39,202 nucleotides of DNA, from positions 1-39,202 of the forward strand of contig DBRB01000005.1 of NCBI GenBank assembly GCA_002305475.1, written 5' to 3'. Below are positions 1 through 9,129 of this stretch, one piece after another. Under the pieces are notes generated by a model that saw nothing but the letters and a program-made list of their open reading frames with translations, made no database searches and was not told the origin of the DNA. The position numbers and the translations under genes were made by a program. Numbering within the stretch: position 1 is the stretch's first letter; the number at the start of each line of letters is the position of its first letter. The DNA is from a candidate division WWE3 bacterium UBA1379 (GTDB lineage Bacteria; Patescibacteriota; WWE3; UBA101185; UBA10185).

Positions 1-1743
1 GAACCTTGCCTACCTTCATTTTTATTTATTGTATACGGTTGTAGAAGGATACCTGAGAGTGCCCCACCTGGATCCAAAGGACTATTTTCTCCGGTATCGT
101 AAATTGCATCACTTGCTACTGCGATGGCATCGGCATATGAGTTATTTCCCGGCCGTGCTTCCTTTACAAATTCAGAACCGGTATTAAATGGCTGTCTAGC
201 CTCAGTTTCCTGCACTTCCCACTTTTCTGACCTTATGCCTTGCTTTGGATATACATCATTATTTGTGCTGGAGTCCCAGGGTTCAAATGTGGATCCCAAA
301 GCAAACAAGTATTCCGGTCTCATATTTATGGGATCCTCACAAATATCCTTCAGTGTTCTGATTCTTCCTCCATCTTTACAAACTTCGGTCTCCCAATCAG
401 CAAACCCTGAATCGCAGAATCTCTTCCATGTTCCAGGTGAAGAAAGAGAAGCGAATGGACCGGCTGTAGTCTGTATGTTTTGTAAACTATCTTTAGATAT
501 GGTTTCATTACACTGTTCCAAGATCTGGCAGGATATCGGTTCATAAGTATCATCAGCGTTGTATTCCCTTTGATAATTGGATCCTATACAATCGGCAAAG
601 TAACGAAGATATGATTGTGGTAAAGAAGGATCTTCAGCGATATAACGTAAGTTTGCTCTACCCTCAAAAGTTCTATACGGTTCAATTTTTGATGCCCAGG
701 GAATGAAATGCAATTTATTACGTGTCAAAAAATCCATATAACCGAAAGGTGTATCTGACATATGTTCCTTATAACACTCGTATAAGCTAAGTGGTTGGCC
801 GGTAACAGGATTAGTCCCTTTTTCTCCCCATTGAATTTCACAATCTTTGTTCCATAGTGCCCCTGAGGAACTGCCTAATGGAATACTAATATTTAAAACA
901 CCATTAATAACATCCGCAACATCACTAATCGGAGAATTATCCGGAACAGGTATATTTAATAAATCTACAGAAATTATAGAATTCATTTTTTTGAATCTTA
1001 AATCATAACCTTGTTCCTCCAGAGGAATATCGAAAGTCTGAGAAACTTTACCTTTCTTAAAACCAACACTTATTACGTTTCCCGTCGGACTGCTTACTTC
1101 AGGGACCGTAGTTGTACAACCCAAAAATGTATTATCATCCACGTATTGCAATAAATCAGGAGGGGGATTATATGAAAAATTTGCTCTGCTGTCACAATCT
1201 ACATGGACATTAAAATCCGATATACTTCTGTAAGTTGGAACTTTAATTAATTCCGTCAGTTTATCTCCACAGAAATATGCTACATACCCACTTAAGCTAC
1301 CCGGGCCAAGCCGTCTCATTGGTAATGAGTATTTGCCCTTATCAGTTTCTTCAGTAGTTGTAGAAGTTGATGCATATAAGTGTGTAATATATCCCGGAGT
1401 GTTTGCATCAATAGATTTTCCATTAGGAGCCTCCGGCACAACTTCATAAAACGCAACCGTAACTCCTCCGATAGGTTCACCTGCTTTAAGTATAGATGCT
1501 CCATCGCCTTTATCCATAGGTACTGCATGGGCTGAATAAACACGACCACATACAGTTGCTAAAGCGGGGTCACTCTGACATGGACAGCCTGTTACAGAAC
1601 CTCTCAATGTACCGTCTACACATTCCAAATCCATGCAGGCTTCATCTTCAGCATAAGTGGTATTTAACGGAATAAAAAATAAGGCACCAATCAATATGAC
1701 ATGAACAAAAAATTTAACTTTTGAAAGCGTAGTGAGGTTCATA
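1..1743 (-). CDS. Partial (3'-truncated by window edge) large secreted protein. Start ATG at 1743-1741 and an N-terminal signal peptide; function unknown.
   Basis: Hand translation of the reverse strand from 1743 gives MNLTTLSKVKFFVHVILIGALFFIPLNTTYAEDEACMDLECVDGTL..., and I checked the frame as open down to ~1260. No other ORF of 60 aa or more appears in any frame across 550-1316, consistent with one long ORF that runs off the edge and was left out of the track. No family recognised. Confidence 0.6.
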
Positions 1744-1831
1744 TTGTACAAAAAAATTATAACACGCTTCTTTTACTTTTCACCTAATTAATGATGATTT
1801 TTAACTATAGATGATTATAAATATTATAATA

Positions 1832-3727
1832 CTATACAGTAGTTAACAAGCTCTGATATTCTTCACCTTCAATGGTTTCTTTTTCTAAAAGTTTTTGAGT
1901 TATCCTGTCAAGTACTTCCCTCTGCTCGGTTAAAATTGCCTTCGCCCGGTTATATGCATCATCAATAATTCTTCGCACTTCAGCATCTATTTTTGCAGCC
2001 ATCTCCTGGCTGTGTGTCGGTTCGGAAAATTCTCTTGCCAGCCATGGATTACCTTCTCTCCCGTCATAGGAAATCGGTCCCAACGGACTCATTCCATAAG
2101 AAGCCACCATTTTTCTGGCAAGCTTTGTAGCTTTATCAATATCATCAGCCGCCCCAATAGTAAATTCGTTATAAACCACATCTTCTGCTGCCCTTCCTCC
2201 CAACATAGTAGCAATGATTGATAAAAGTCGTGTTCTTGTTTCATTATAGCGGTCTCTTTCGGGAGGAAATGCCGTATGTCCTAATGAGCCACCCCTGGCA
2301 ACAATAGATACCCGATGAACCGGATCCATATCAGGAACGCAGGATGCTACCAAGGCATGACCTGCTTCATGGTAGGCAGTCATCTTTCTTTCTTCCTCGG
2401 TCTGCAGAGTTTTTCTTTCGGATCCCATAGTTACTTTAAGAGAAGCTTCTTCAATATCTCTCATATCAACCTTTTCTTTGTTTGCACGGGCGGCAAGAAT
2501 TGCTGCTTCATTCAACATATTTTCAATATCTGCTCCACTGAAACCTACTGTTCTTTTGGCAATCTGATCGAGTTTAACATCATCTGAAAACGGTTTACCC
2601 CGCATATGAATTTTTATTATTTCCTCCCTGTCTTTCAGATCAGGCATCGGAATGGTAATTCTTCGGTCAAATCTTCCAGGTCTAATTAAGGCAGGATCCA
2701 ACATATCAGGTCTGTTAGTTGCAGCAAGCACAATTACATCAGTCCTGGGATCAAAACCATCCATTTCAATTAAGATCTGATTTAAGGTTTGTTCTCGTTC
2801 ATCATGACCCCCTCCGATACCCATACCTCGCTGTCTTCCGATAGCATCAATTTCATCGATAAAAATAAGGCTGGGCTGGCTAGCTTTTGCCATTCTGAAT
2901 AAATCTCTGGCTCTAGCTGAACCAACTCCCACCAGCATTTCCATAAATTCTGAACCGGCAACACTGAAAAACGGAACATTAGCTTCACCGGCAATCGCTT
3001 TAGCAAGCAATGTTTTTCCTACCCCGGATGGTCCTACCAAGAGAATTCCTTTGGGTGTTCTTGCTCCAAGCTTTCTGTACTTTTCCGGATTTTTTAAAAA
3101 GTCCACAATCTCTTTCATCTCAGTTTTAGCTTCTTCATTTCCCGCTACATCTTCAAAAGTGATTTTTGGATGATCCCTGTTAAACATTTTTGCCCGAGAA
3201 CGGCCAAATGACAGAATATCGCTTCCTGCGCTTCGCATCTGTCTGAAAATGAAGAACAAAAGAAGAACAGGGAGTCCGAACATCAAAAGAGGGGATAATA
3301 CCTGAACCAAACCTATACGGTTTTCTACCTTGATTTCTCCAGATACCTTATTAGGATCAATCTGATTGTTGGCTAACATCTCGCTGAAACTTACCCCTTC
3401 TTCTTTAGTAGATTTAAACATCGTGCCATCTTTCAACAATACCTCGACCGTATCACCCGCAACGGTGACATTCTGAACTCGTTCTTCCTGAATCAACGTC
3501 ATTACTTCACTGATAGGGCGTTCCTCTGATATAAAATTCTGGGGGAACAACAGACCAAATAAAAGATAGCCTGCAATTAAGATAAAAATATAGAAGAAAA
3601 CGTTGCTGAATATGTTAGGCGGCTGCACCTTATCCAAAGGACTTTTACCTTCCGTATTTTTACTCTTGACATTTTTTTTATTATTACCTCGCTTACCGTT
3701 TTTTTCCTTATTAATATCTTTTGACAT
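1832..3727 (-). CDS. ftsH: ATP-dependent zinc metalloprotease FtsH
   Basis: 631 aa. Basic N-terminal tail plus a TM helix. AAA+ Walker A GPSGVGKT and Walker B IIFIDEIDA, second region of homology, and the HEAGHAL zinc-binding motif. Confidence 0.95.
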   Translation of the reverse strand: MSKDINKEKNGKRGNNKKNVKSKNTEGKSPLDKVQPPNIFSNVFFYIFILIAGYLLFGLLFPQNFISEERPISEVMTLIQEERVQNVTVAGDTVEVLLKDGTMFKSTKEEGVSFSEMLANNQIDPNKVSGEIKVENRIGLVQVLSPLLMFGLPVLLLFFIFRQMRSAGSDILSFGRSRAKMFNRDHPKITFEDVAGNEEAKTEMKEIVDFLKNPEKYRKLGARTPKGILLVGPSGVGKTLLAKAIAGEANVPFFSVAGSEFMEMLVGVGSARARDLFRMAKASQPSLIFIDEIDAIGRQRGMGIGGGHDEREQTLNQILIEMDGFDPRTDVIVLAATNRPDMLDPALIRPGRFDRRITIPMPDLKDREEIIKIHMRGKPFSDDVKLDQIAKRTVGFSGADIENMLNEAAILAARANKEKVDMRDIEEASLKVTMGSERKTLQTEEERKMTAYHEAGHALVASCVPDMDPVHRVSIVARGGSLGHTAFPPERDRYNETRTRLLSIIATMLGGRAAEDVVYNEFTIGAADDIDKATKLARKMVASYGMSPLGPISYDGREGNPWLAREFSEPTHSQEMAAKIDAEVRRIIDDAYNRAKAILTEQREVLDRITQKLLEKETIEGEEYQSLLTTV

Positions 3728-3770
3728 AGAACTCGGATTATATACTAAAATTGATAGGATTTCATCCTAA

Positions 3771-4778
3771 CTAGAATCTATGAAACCGCATTTTTTCCTT
3801 TACTTCTTCCAGAATAGCAGCTGCTTCCTCACGGGTTTTAGAGGTACCTGTTCTTAGGATGTCCATAACTTCATCCGGATGCTGTTCATAATACGCCCTC
3901 TTCTCCCTGATAGGCATTAAGAAATTGTTAAGTGCAAGATAAAGTTTCTCTTTAACTTCAACATCACCTACTAACCCCTGTGTATATCTTTTCTTCAAAT
4001 CCGCCACTTCCTCAACATTTGGATTAAACGCATCATGATATATAAAAACCGGATTGCCCACTACTCTTCCCGGATCTGTCGGGTGAACTCTATTAGGATC
4101 TGTAAACATACCCATAACCTTTCTTCGTACTTCCTGTTCAGTGTCCGACAAATAAATGCAGTTATTCAAAGATTTTGTCATCTTCGCATTTCCGTCAATT
4201 CCCACCAGTCTTTTAACTCTGCCTACCATCCCATCTACTTTTTTGAAAACCGCACCATATATCGAATTAAATTTCTGACCTATTTCATTAGTAAGTTCAA
4301 TATGCGGAAGCTGATCTTCTCCCACCGGAACAACATCAGCATTCACACACAAGATATCGGCTGCCTGCAGAAGTGGAAAATTAATGAAACCCATCGAGTA
4401 ATTATCACCTAATCCCTTATCTCTGATTTCTTCTTTAAGTGTGGGATTTCTCAATGCACGATTATGACTGACCAACATACTGAATATTACGGCTAACTCA
4501 TAGATTTCCGATACAGCGGATTCATTAAAAATTACCGCTTTCTTCGGATCCAAACCGACAGCCAAATTATCCATAGTTGCCTGAATGACAGAATCACGAA
4601 TAGTTTCCGGATCATTAACATATTTCGGATATGCAAAGGCATGCATATCCGCCAGAATTATAAATGTTTCATAGGAATCCTGCAGTTTTACCCGATTCTC
4701 TAAAGAACCGACATAATGGCCAAGGTGAAGTTTACCAGTTGTATTATCCCCTGTAAGAATTCTTTTTTTATTGCTCAT
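3771..4778 (-). CDS. trpS: Tryptophanyl-tRNA synthetase (class I)
   Basis: 335 aa. The HIGH-region variant TGKLHLGHYVGSL aligns to the TrpRS GxxPSGxxTxGNYxG region. TrpRS-typical PLLQAADIL...VPVGEDQLPHIELT and KMTKS (KMSKS) motifs are present. The size fits TrpRS, not TyrRS. Confidence 0.85.
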   Translation of the reverse strand: MSNKKRILTGDNTTGKLHLGHYVGSLENRVKLQDSYETFIILADMHAFAYPKYVNDPETIRDSVIQATMDNLAVGLDPKKAVIFNESAVSEIYELAVIFSMLVSHNRALRNPTLKEEIRDKGLGDNYSMGFINFPLLQAADILCVNADVVPVGEDQLPHIELTNEIGQKFNSIYGAVFKKVDGMVGRVKRLVGIDGNAKMTKSLNNCIYLSDTEQEVRRKVMGMFTDPNRVHPTDPGRVVGNPVFIYHDAFNPNVEEVADLKKRYTQGLVGDVEVKEKLYLALNNFLMPIREKRAYYEQHPDEVMDILRTGTSKTREEAAAILEEVKEKMRFHRF

Positions 4779-4783
4779 AGTTA

Positions 4784-4859
4784 TGGTGCCAACGGGTGGA
4801 ATTGAACCACCGACCTAGCGCTTATGAAACGCCCACTCTAACCACTGAGCTACGTTGGC
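4784..4859 (-). tRNA. tRNA-Met (anticodon CAU), elongator type with encoded CCA. Could alternatively be the lysidine-modified Ile2 species.
   Basis: The reverse complement GCCAACGTAGCTCAGTGGTTAGAGTGGGCGTTTCATAAGCGCTAGGTCGGTGGTTCAATTCCACCCGTTGGCACCA folds as a cloverleaf by hand: 7-bp acceptor with G1-C72 paired, D stem GCTC/GAGT, anticodon loop TTCATAA, T loop TTCAATT. Confidence 0.85.
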
Positions 4860-4981
4860 CTGTTAAGGGGTTCACCCTAGTTACACCCCTTATCTTAGCA
4901 CAACCATCTACTTTTTTCGATGTCTATTTTAAAAAGAGATTGGAGGATTCAAATTTATCCAAATTTTGATATCTATATACT

Positions 4982-5560
4982 GTGCCAAGGAAATATATTA
5001 TTAAAGTTTATAAACCTAATGCGTATTATCACATTTACAACAGAGGAGTTGAAAAAAGAGCAATATTCTTAACACCTGAAGATTACAAAAAATTTCTTCA
5101 TTTTCTGAAGGAATCAATAACGAGAACCGAAGTTTGCATGGTAAGCTACTGTTTGATGCATAACCACTATCACTTATTAGTATACCAACAAAATCCGCGC
5201 GACATCACAAAACTGATGAGATCTGTACGCACAAAATATTCTTCCAATTTTAACTATAAATATGATCGTGTCGGATGTCTCTTTCAAAGCAGTTACCGCG
5301 CGAGAATAATTAAATCCGAAGAAGATTTATTGGCTACTTCAGCCTATATTCACAACAACCCTTACAGGGATAAACCCGGGTCTATCCCTAAAAAATACCA
5401 GTACACCAGCCTGCCTGAATATTTAGGTACCAGAACAACAACATGGGTCAATACACAAAATATTATTTCCATTTTTAAGCAACATAATAGTGTTTTTTGG
5501 ATAAACGATTATCTGAAATACCACGAGGATAAAAGAAAAGAAAGGATGGATCTAGGTTGA
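4982..5560 (+). mobile_element. IS200/IS605-family (Y1 HUH) transposase, RAYT-like, with a GTG start
   Basis: 192 aa carrying the HUH motif region LMHNHYHLLVY and the downstream catalytic Tyr region SAYIHNNPYR, the architecture of Y1 transposases (Pfam Y1_Tnp). It lies between two tRNA genes. Confidence 0.7.
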
Positions 5561-5570
5561 TCCCTAATTT

Positions 5571-5644
5571 GGTTGCGGGGCCCGGATTTGCACCGGGGCC
5601 TTCAGATTATGAGCCTGACGAGGTACTACTCCTCTACCCCGCGT
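5571..5644 (-). tRNA. tRNA-fMet-like (anticodon CAU), initiator-type acceptor end with encoded CCA
   Basis: The reverse complement CGCGGGGTAGAGGAGTAGTACCTCGTCAGGCTCATAATCTGAAGGCCCCGGTGCAAATCCGGGCCCCGCAACCA resembles E. coli tRNA-fMet (CGCGGGGTGGAGCAGCC...CCCCGCAACCA), including the C1:A72 mismatch. Anticodon loop is CTCATAA. It is atypical in that the anticodon stem has only one G-C in place of the three consecutive G-C pairs, and the T loop is TGCAAAT. Confidence 0.65.
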
Positions 5645-5772
5645 TAGTGAATACAACAATCTAAAAACGTCTATGCACTAAGCAAGGGTTATGGTAACAG
5701 ATGATTAGAGTCATGTCAAAATCGAATTTAAAAGTAACAGTAGAATAAAATCGATATTTATAACTTATACGA

Positions 5773-6159
5773 TTATAGGAATAATTCTACCCAAAGCTGG
5801 GCGTTGGTTTTTTCTTTTGGCATACTGTCTTCTACCACTTTCCCGTTTTCTATCACTACAGAATTTGCGGGTATTAATTCGCTGATATATACTTTTTCTC
5901 CCGGTTTAATGAGATTAAGTGCGTTACGGGCACGTTCTTCTACAAACTCATTAGTTCGTTTATAGGCAATCATACTTTCTAAGGTTACCTTCTTTTCTTC
6001 GAGGGTACTAATCTCCGATTTCATATCCTCTAAACGCTTGCTACTCTGCATAACATTTAATGTAGTCCTAATAAAGTTCGCAGTTGCTATGAGTATTAAT
6101 ATACTAAGGATTAAGTATTTTATATGAGCAGGCACCGACATTAACGACATTATATACAA
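5773..6159 (-). CDS. ftsB: Septum formation initiator family protein (FtsB/DivIC-like)
   Basis: 128 aa. One N-terminal TM helix, a coiled-coil stretch (LEDMKSEISTLEEKKVTLESM), and the FtsB-family motif FVEERARNALNLIKPGEKVY near the C-terminus. Confidence 0.6.
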   Translation of the reverse strand: MYIMSLMSVPAHIKYLILSILILIATANFIRTTLNVMQSSKRLEDMKSEISTLEEKKVTLESMIAYKRTNEFVEERARNALNLIKPGEKVYISELIPANSVVIENGKVVEDSMPKEKTNAQLWVELFL

Positions 6160-6290
6160 GGTGCGTCAGGAATCAAGTTTATTTGCATTATTCAAACATA
6201 TTTATCATACATCTGTTGACATTTTGAAAACAAAGTGATAATTTGTCATCCTATAGTAACTGTGCTACACTCTGTCCTAGAAAGAAATAT

Positions 6291-7166
6291 ATGATTAGTT
6301 TAGAAACTGCGCGTAACAATTTTATAAAGCATCTGGAAAATCAAGGAAAATCCCATTCTACATTACTAGCATATGGAAAAGATATTGAACAACTTATATC
6401 TCACCTGGCTAAGAAGGGAGTAACTAATGTTAATGAAATTACCCTGGAGCATTTGGAAGATTTCATGAAAAAACTGGCTTCGGAGAGCTATACTAATAAA
6501 TCCATTTCCAGAAAAACCAACTCCACAAAGACTTTTTTTAGATTTCTGAAAGAAAAAGGACATATTGACACAAACGTTGCTGATTTATTAAAGCATCCTA
6601 AAGTCGATATCAAGGCTCCGAGAATTTTATCCAAATTAGAATACAGAGCATTGAGAGACGCAGCAAAAGAAGATCCTCGTACATCAGCCATTATCGAAGT
6701 ACTTCTGCAAACAGGAATTATGATTTCTGAACTGGCAGATATTAAGATGGAAGATCTTCACATGGATAAAGATTCTGGGACTCTTTTTATACCCGGAAAA
6801 CCGAATAAAGATTCCAGAACTATTCCTTTGAATAAAGCTGTTATCGAAGCTATAAGAAACTATATTGAAAAGGATCGTCCTAATGACAAGGATGCAAAGC
6901 ATCTATTTATCACAAAATCAGGAAAACCTCTTCTGATCAGAAATATAAGATCAACTATTGAAAGATACTATAAAGCAGCCGGTGTAGAAAATGCTAAGGT
7001 GAATGATTTGAGACATACATTTGTTGCATTTCATTTATCAAATGGAACAAACATTGTACAAGTTTCAAAGATAGCCGGTCATAAAAGAGTATCTACAACT
7101 GAAAGATATCTTCAATACATTGAAAGACCTTCCGGAGAAGAAAAAACGGAACTTGGTATTTTATAA
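6291..7166 (+). CDS. Tyrosine recombinase, XerC/XerD / phage-integrase family. The track ORF begins at TTG 6243; ATG 6291 (MISLETARNNF) is the more likely start.
   Basis: The N-terminal SAM-like domain and the C-terminal catalytic domain both match the family (TGIMISEL, IPGKPNKDSRT, NDLRHTFVAFHLSNG, GHKRVSTTERYL with the nucleophile Tyr). At the positions of conserved Arg-I and His-II the sequence has Met and Asn. A sigma70-like promoter sits upstream: TTGACA 6216-6221, TG-extended GATAAT 6236-6242. Confidence 0.8.
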   Translation: MISLETARNNFIKHLENQGKSHSTLLAYGKDIEQLISHLAKKGVTNVNEITLEHLEDFMKKLASESYTNKSISRKTNSTKTFFRFLKEKGHIDTNVADLLKHPKVDIKAPRILSKLEYRALRDAAKEDPRTSAIIEVLLQTGIMISELADIKMEDLHMDKDSGTLFIPGKPNKDSRTIPLNKAVIEAIRNYIEKDRPNDKDAKHLFITKSGKPLLIRNIRSTIERYYKAAGVENAKVNDLRHTFVAFHLSNGTNIVQVSKIAGHKRVSTTERYLQYIERPSGEEKTELGIL

Positions 7167-7645
7167 AATCACATAAAATAAACTACCCTATATGGATAGT
7201 CTGCCTTCTGTCCGGAGGTACGAGCTACCGTTATAATTTTACAGATCACTATTAGTTTTCTAGTGGTTTTATCCTTTGTACCTTGTCTTGGTTTTTTTCA
7301 ATTTATCTTATCTGTATCTGCCTTGTACTTTACTTGATAGCTAAGCACAGATAAGTTATTTTTCTTTGACATGTGAAGCCTACATATTAAATTGATATAT
7401 ATTAGTTTTTTTTGCTAATGCAAACAAATAAAGGACAAAAAGGTATCAATCTTTAACAAGTATTATTTATTCATTTCCGTCTGAGTATTTAACTTCTTTA
7501 GTATATATAAATAATTGTTAAGTATGTTTTCTTATTTACAATTGACTAGTATTTATTTAAATCCAAAATCAATTAGGAACAATCAAGAAGAACCACTATA
7601 TATAATGATAAAGGACAAGTTCAAAATCCCAAAATAGCGTATAAA

Positions 7646-7849
7646 ATGGCTAAAGAAGAAGATCCCTATCATAAGAAATCATTTTTCGGTTTAATAAAAC
7701 CAAGTGAAACTAAAGTAAAAGAAGGAGAGCGTGCAGCAGAAAAAGTTGGGGAAACACTAAACAAAGCTAATAATAGAACTCTAGCAGAACAAGCAGAAAT
7801 AAAGAAAGCTTCAGATACGAACCTAAACCACCGCATAGCTTTGATGTGA
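7646..7849 (+). CDS. Hypothetical small charged protein (67 aa); the coding call is uncertain
   Basis: ORF with ATG start whose stop overlaps the next start (ATGA). No recognisable domain. Confidence 0.3.
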   Translation: MAKEEDPYHKKSFFGLIKPSETKVKEGERAAEKVGETLNKANNRTLAEQAEIKKASDTNLNHRIALM

Positions 7850-8268
7850 AACAAGAAAATATAAATAATTACTCCGACGAAGCAAAAAGATTAGTCGAGT
7901 TAATACTTAATGAGTTGGAGAAACAAGGTTTGTCGGATCTACCGTATCAGAAAGAAATTTTGTTTGCAGAAATACATGGCTTCCCTAATCTCTCAAGCGA
8001 GGATGCCGAAATAAATGAAAATGGTCCTATGAGAAAATTCATATCTAGTACCTTAGTAGAACGGCTAACGGAACAAGGTATCAGCGTACATTTGCTAACT
8101 AACAGTTATAGTGAGAAGAGTGAGGTGGAACCTGGCAAAAATTTAGGAATTAGAGTATTTCAGGCTGTCGAAGAGGGGAGTTATGGTCCAGACTATCAGA
8201 AAAATACCTTTAGCTATCAGAGATCTAAAATCCAGATCTATTTCACAAGAAATACATTTGAGTACTAA
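7846..8268 (+). CDS. Hypothetical protein (140 aa)
   Basis: ORF overlapping the stop of the preceding ORF. No recognisable domain. Confidence 0.4.
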   Translation: MKQENINNYSDEAKRLVELILNELEKQGLSDLPYQKEILFAEIHGFPNLSSEDAEINENGPMRKFISSTLVERLTEQGISVHLLTNSYSEKSEVEPGKNLGIRVFQAVEEGSYGPDYQKNTFSYQRSKIQIYFTRNTFEY

Positions 8269-8299
8269 TTAATAAAGCATTTTGTTAAGAGTTAATTTT

Positions 8300-8375
8300 T
8301 GGTGGGTGTTCCTGGACTCGAACCAGGGACCGAGCGTGTATAAGACGCTTGCTCTACCAACTGAGCTAAACACCC
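8300..8375 (-). tRNA. tRNA-Ile (anticodon UAU) with encoded CCA
   Basis: The reverse complement GGGTGTTTAGCTCAGTTGGTAGAGCAAGCGTCTTATACACGCTCGGTCCCTGGTTCGAGTCCAGGAACACCCACCA folds as a canonical cloverleaf: anticodon stem AGCGT/ACGCT, loop CTTATAC giving U33 and anticodon T-A-T, T loop TTCGAGT. Confidence 0.8.
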
Positions 8376-8454
8376 ATATACCAATCAGCGTAGATCACAT
8401 TATACCTGCTTTCATTAAGATTTAAAGTATCAAATCAAAATAAACCAGATATGT

Positions 8455-8814
8455 TTAATTTTCTTCATCATCCGGATTAAATCGTTTTGCCTCCCTACGT
8501 TCTTCCCAGTCACTTGAAGCTGCAGCACCATATTTAGATTTGTTCACCTTACGCTCTAATTCTTCTACTGCAAGCACCAACGCTGTTTCCAAACTGTAAT
8601 TTGTTTCATCCGTAAAAAATTCTTCGCCGTCAATATCCAGATCTATCCTCACGGCAAACTGTTCTACGGGTGCTTTATTCATCACTACTCTTGCATACTT
8701 AGATCCCTCATCTACATTTTTAAATCGATGCTCCAGCTTAGAAATTTTCTCTTTTGCAAGTTCTTTCATACTTTCAGAAATATCCATGTTATCTGATTTA
8801 AATTGGTAGTTCAT
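8455..8814 (-). CDS. hpf: Ribosome hibernation promoting factor / ribosome-associated inhibitor (HPF/RaiA, S30AE family)
   Basis: 119 aa matching the S30AE family in size and pattern (ISESMKELAKEKISKLEH...VRIDLDIDGEEFF...ETALVLAVEELERKV). Confidence 0.7.
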   Translation of the reverse strand: MNYQFKSDNMDISESMKELAKEKISKLEHRFKNVDEGSKYARVVMNKAPVEQFAVRIDLDIDGEEFFTDETNYSLETALVLAVEELERKVNKSKYGAAASSDWEERREAKRFNPDDEEN

Positions 8815-8842
8815 TTAGGCTTCCTTTCTGACAAATTTCTAA

Positions 8843-9088
8843 TTACAGTTTCGGGAAGATCTGATTCCCTTCCTCATCATATAAAAATATCGCTGCTGTA
8901 GGGCAAGATTGCGCAGCCATTAACAATTCCTCATCGCTTCTTAATTCTGCATTAGGTTTTACCACAGCAATGTTTTCTCCGTCCAGTTCAAAAGCGTCAG
9001 GGGAGACTACTACACATGTTGCGGCACCTATACAGGCATCTCTTTTTACAACTACTTTCCAAATCTTTTTATTCTGTTTATCGGACAA
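8843..9088 (-). CDS. Small ferredoxin (single [4Fe-4S]/[3Fe-4S] type)
   Basis: 81 aa with CIGAATC...AAQSCPTAAI, matching the C-x2-x-x2-C...CP pattern of short bacterial ferredoxins. Confidence 0.8.
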   Translation of the reverse strand: MSDKQNKKIWKVVVKRDACIGAATCVVVSPDAFELDGENIAVVKPNAELRSDEELLMAAQSCPTAAIFLYDEEGNQIFPKL

Positions 9089-9129
9089 AATTTTTCACCT
9101 CCTGTCCTTTATAAAAATATTTCTGAAGA

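Noticed and set aside
124-546. 140-aa plus-strand ORF, and the 350-553 minus ORF
   Set aside because: Both lie inside and antisense or out-of-frame to the long edge-truncated minus-strand gene 1-1743. No motifs, and low-complexity composition.
2012-3006. Plus and minus small ORFs (2012-2221, 2315-2587, 2782-3006) within ftsH
   Set aside because: Antisense or alternative-frame ORFs inside a confidently identified gene.
6243-6290. TTG start proposed for the recombinase
   Set aside because: A promoter -10 element overlaps it, and ATG 6291 (MISLETARNNF) matches family N-termini better.
7187-7205. Near-palindrome ACTACCCTATATGGATAGT after the recombinase stop, as a possible terminator
   Set aside because: The 7-bp stem has a mismatch and there is no U-tract, so it is too weak to call.
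7170-7645. Possible CRISPR array, RNase P, SRP or T-box RNA in the long AT-rich spacer
   Set aside because: It has no regularly spaced direct repeats. There is no GGAAAGUCCGG-type RNase P core, no SRP domain IV motif, and no T-box AATTAGGGTGGTACCGCG-like sequence. It contains only short inverted and direct repeats.
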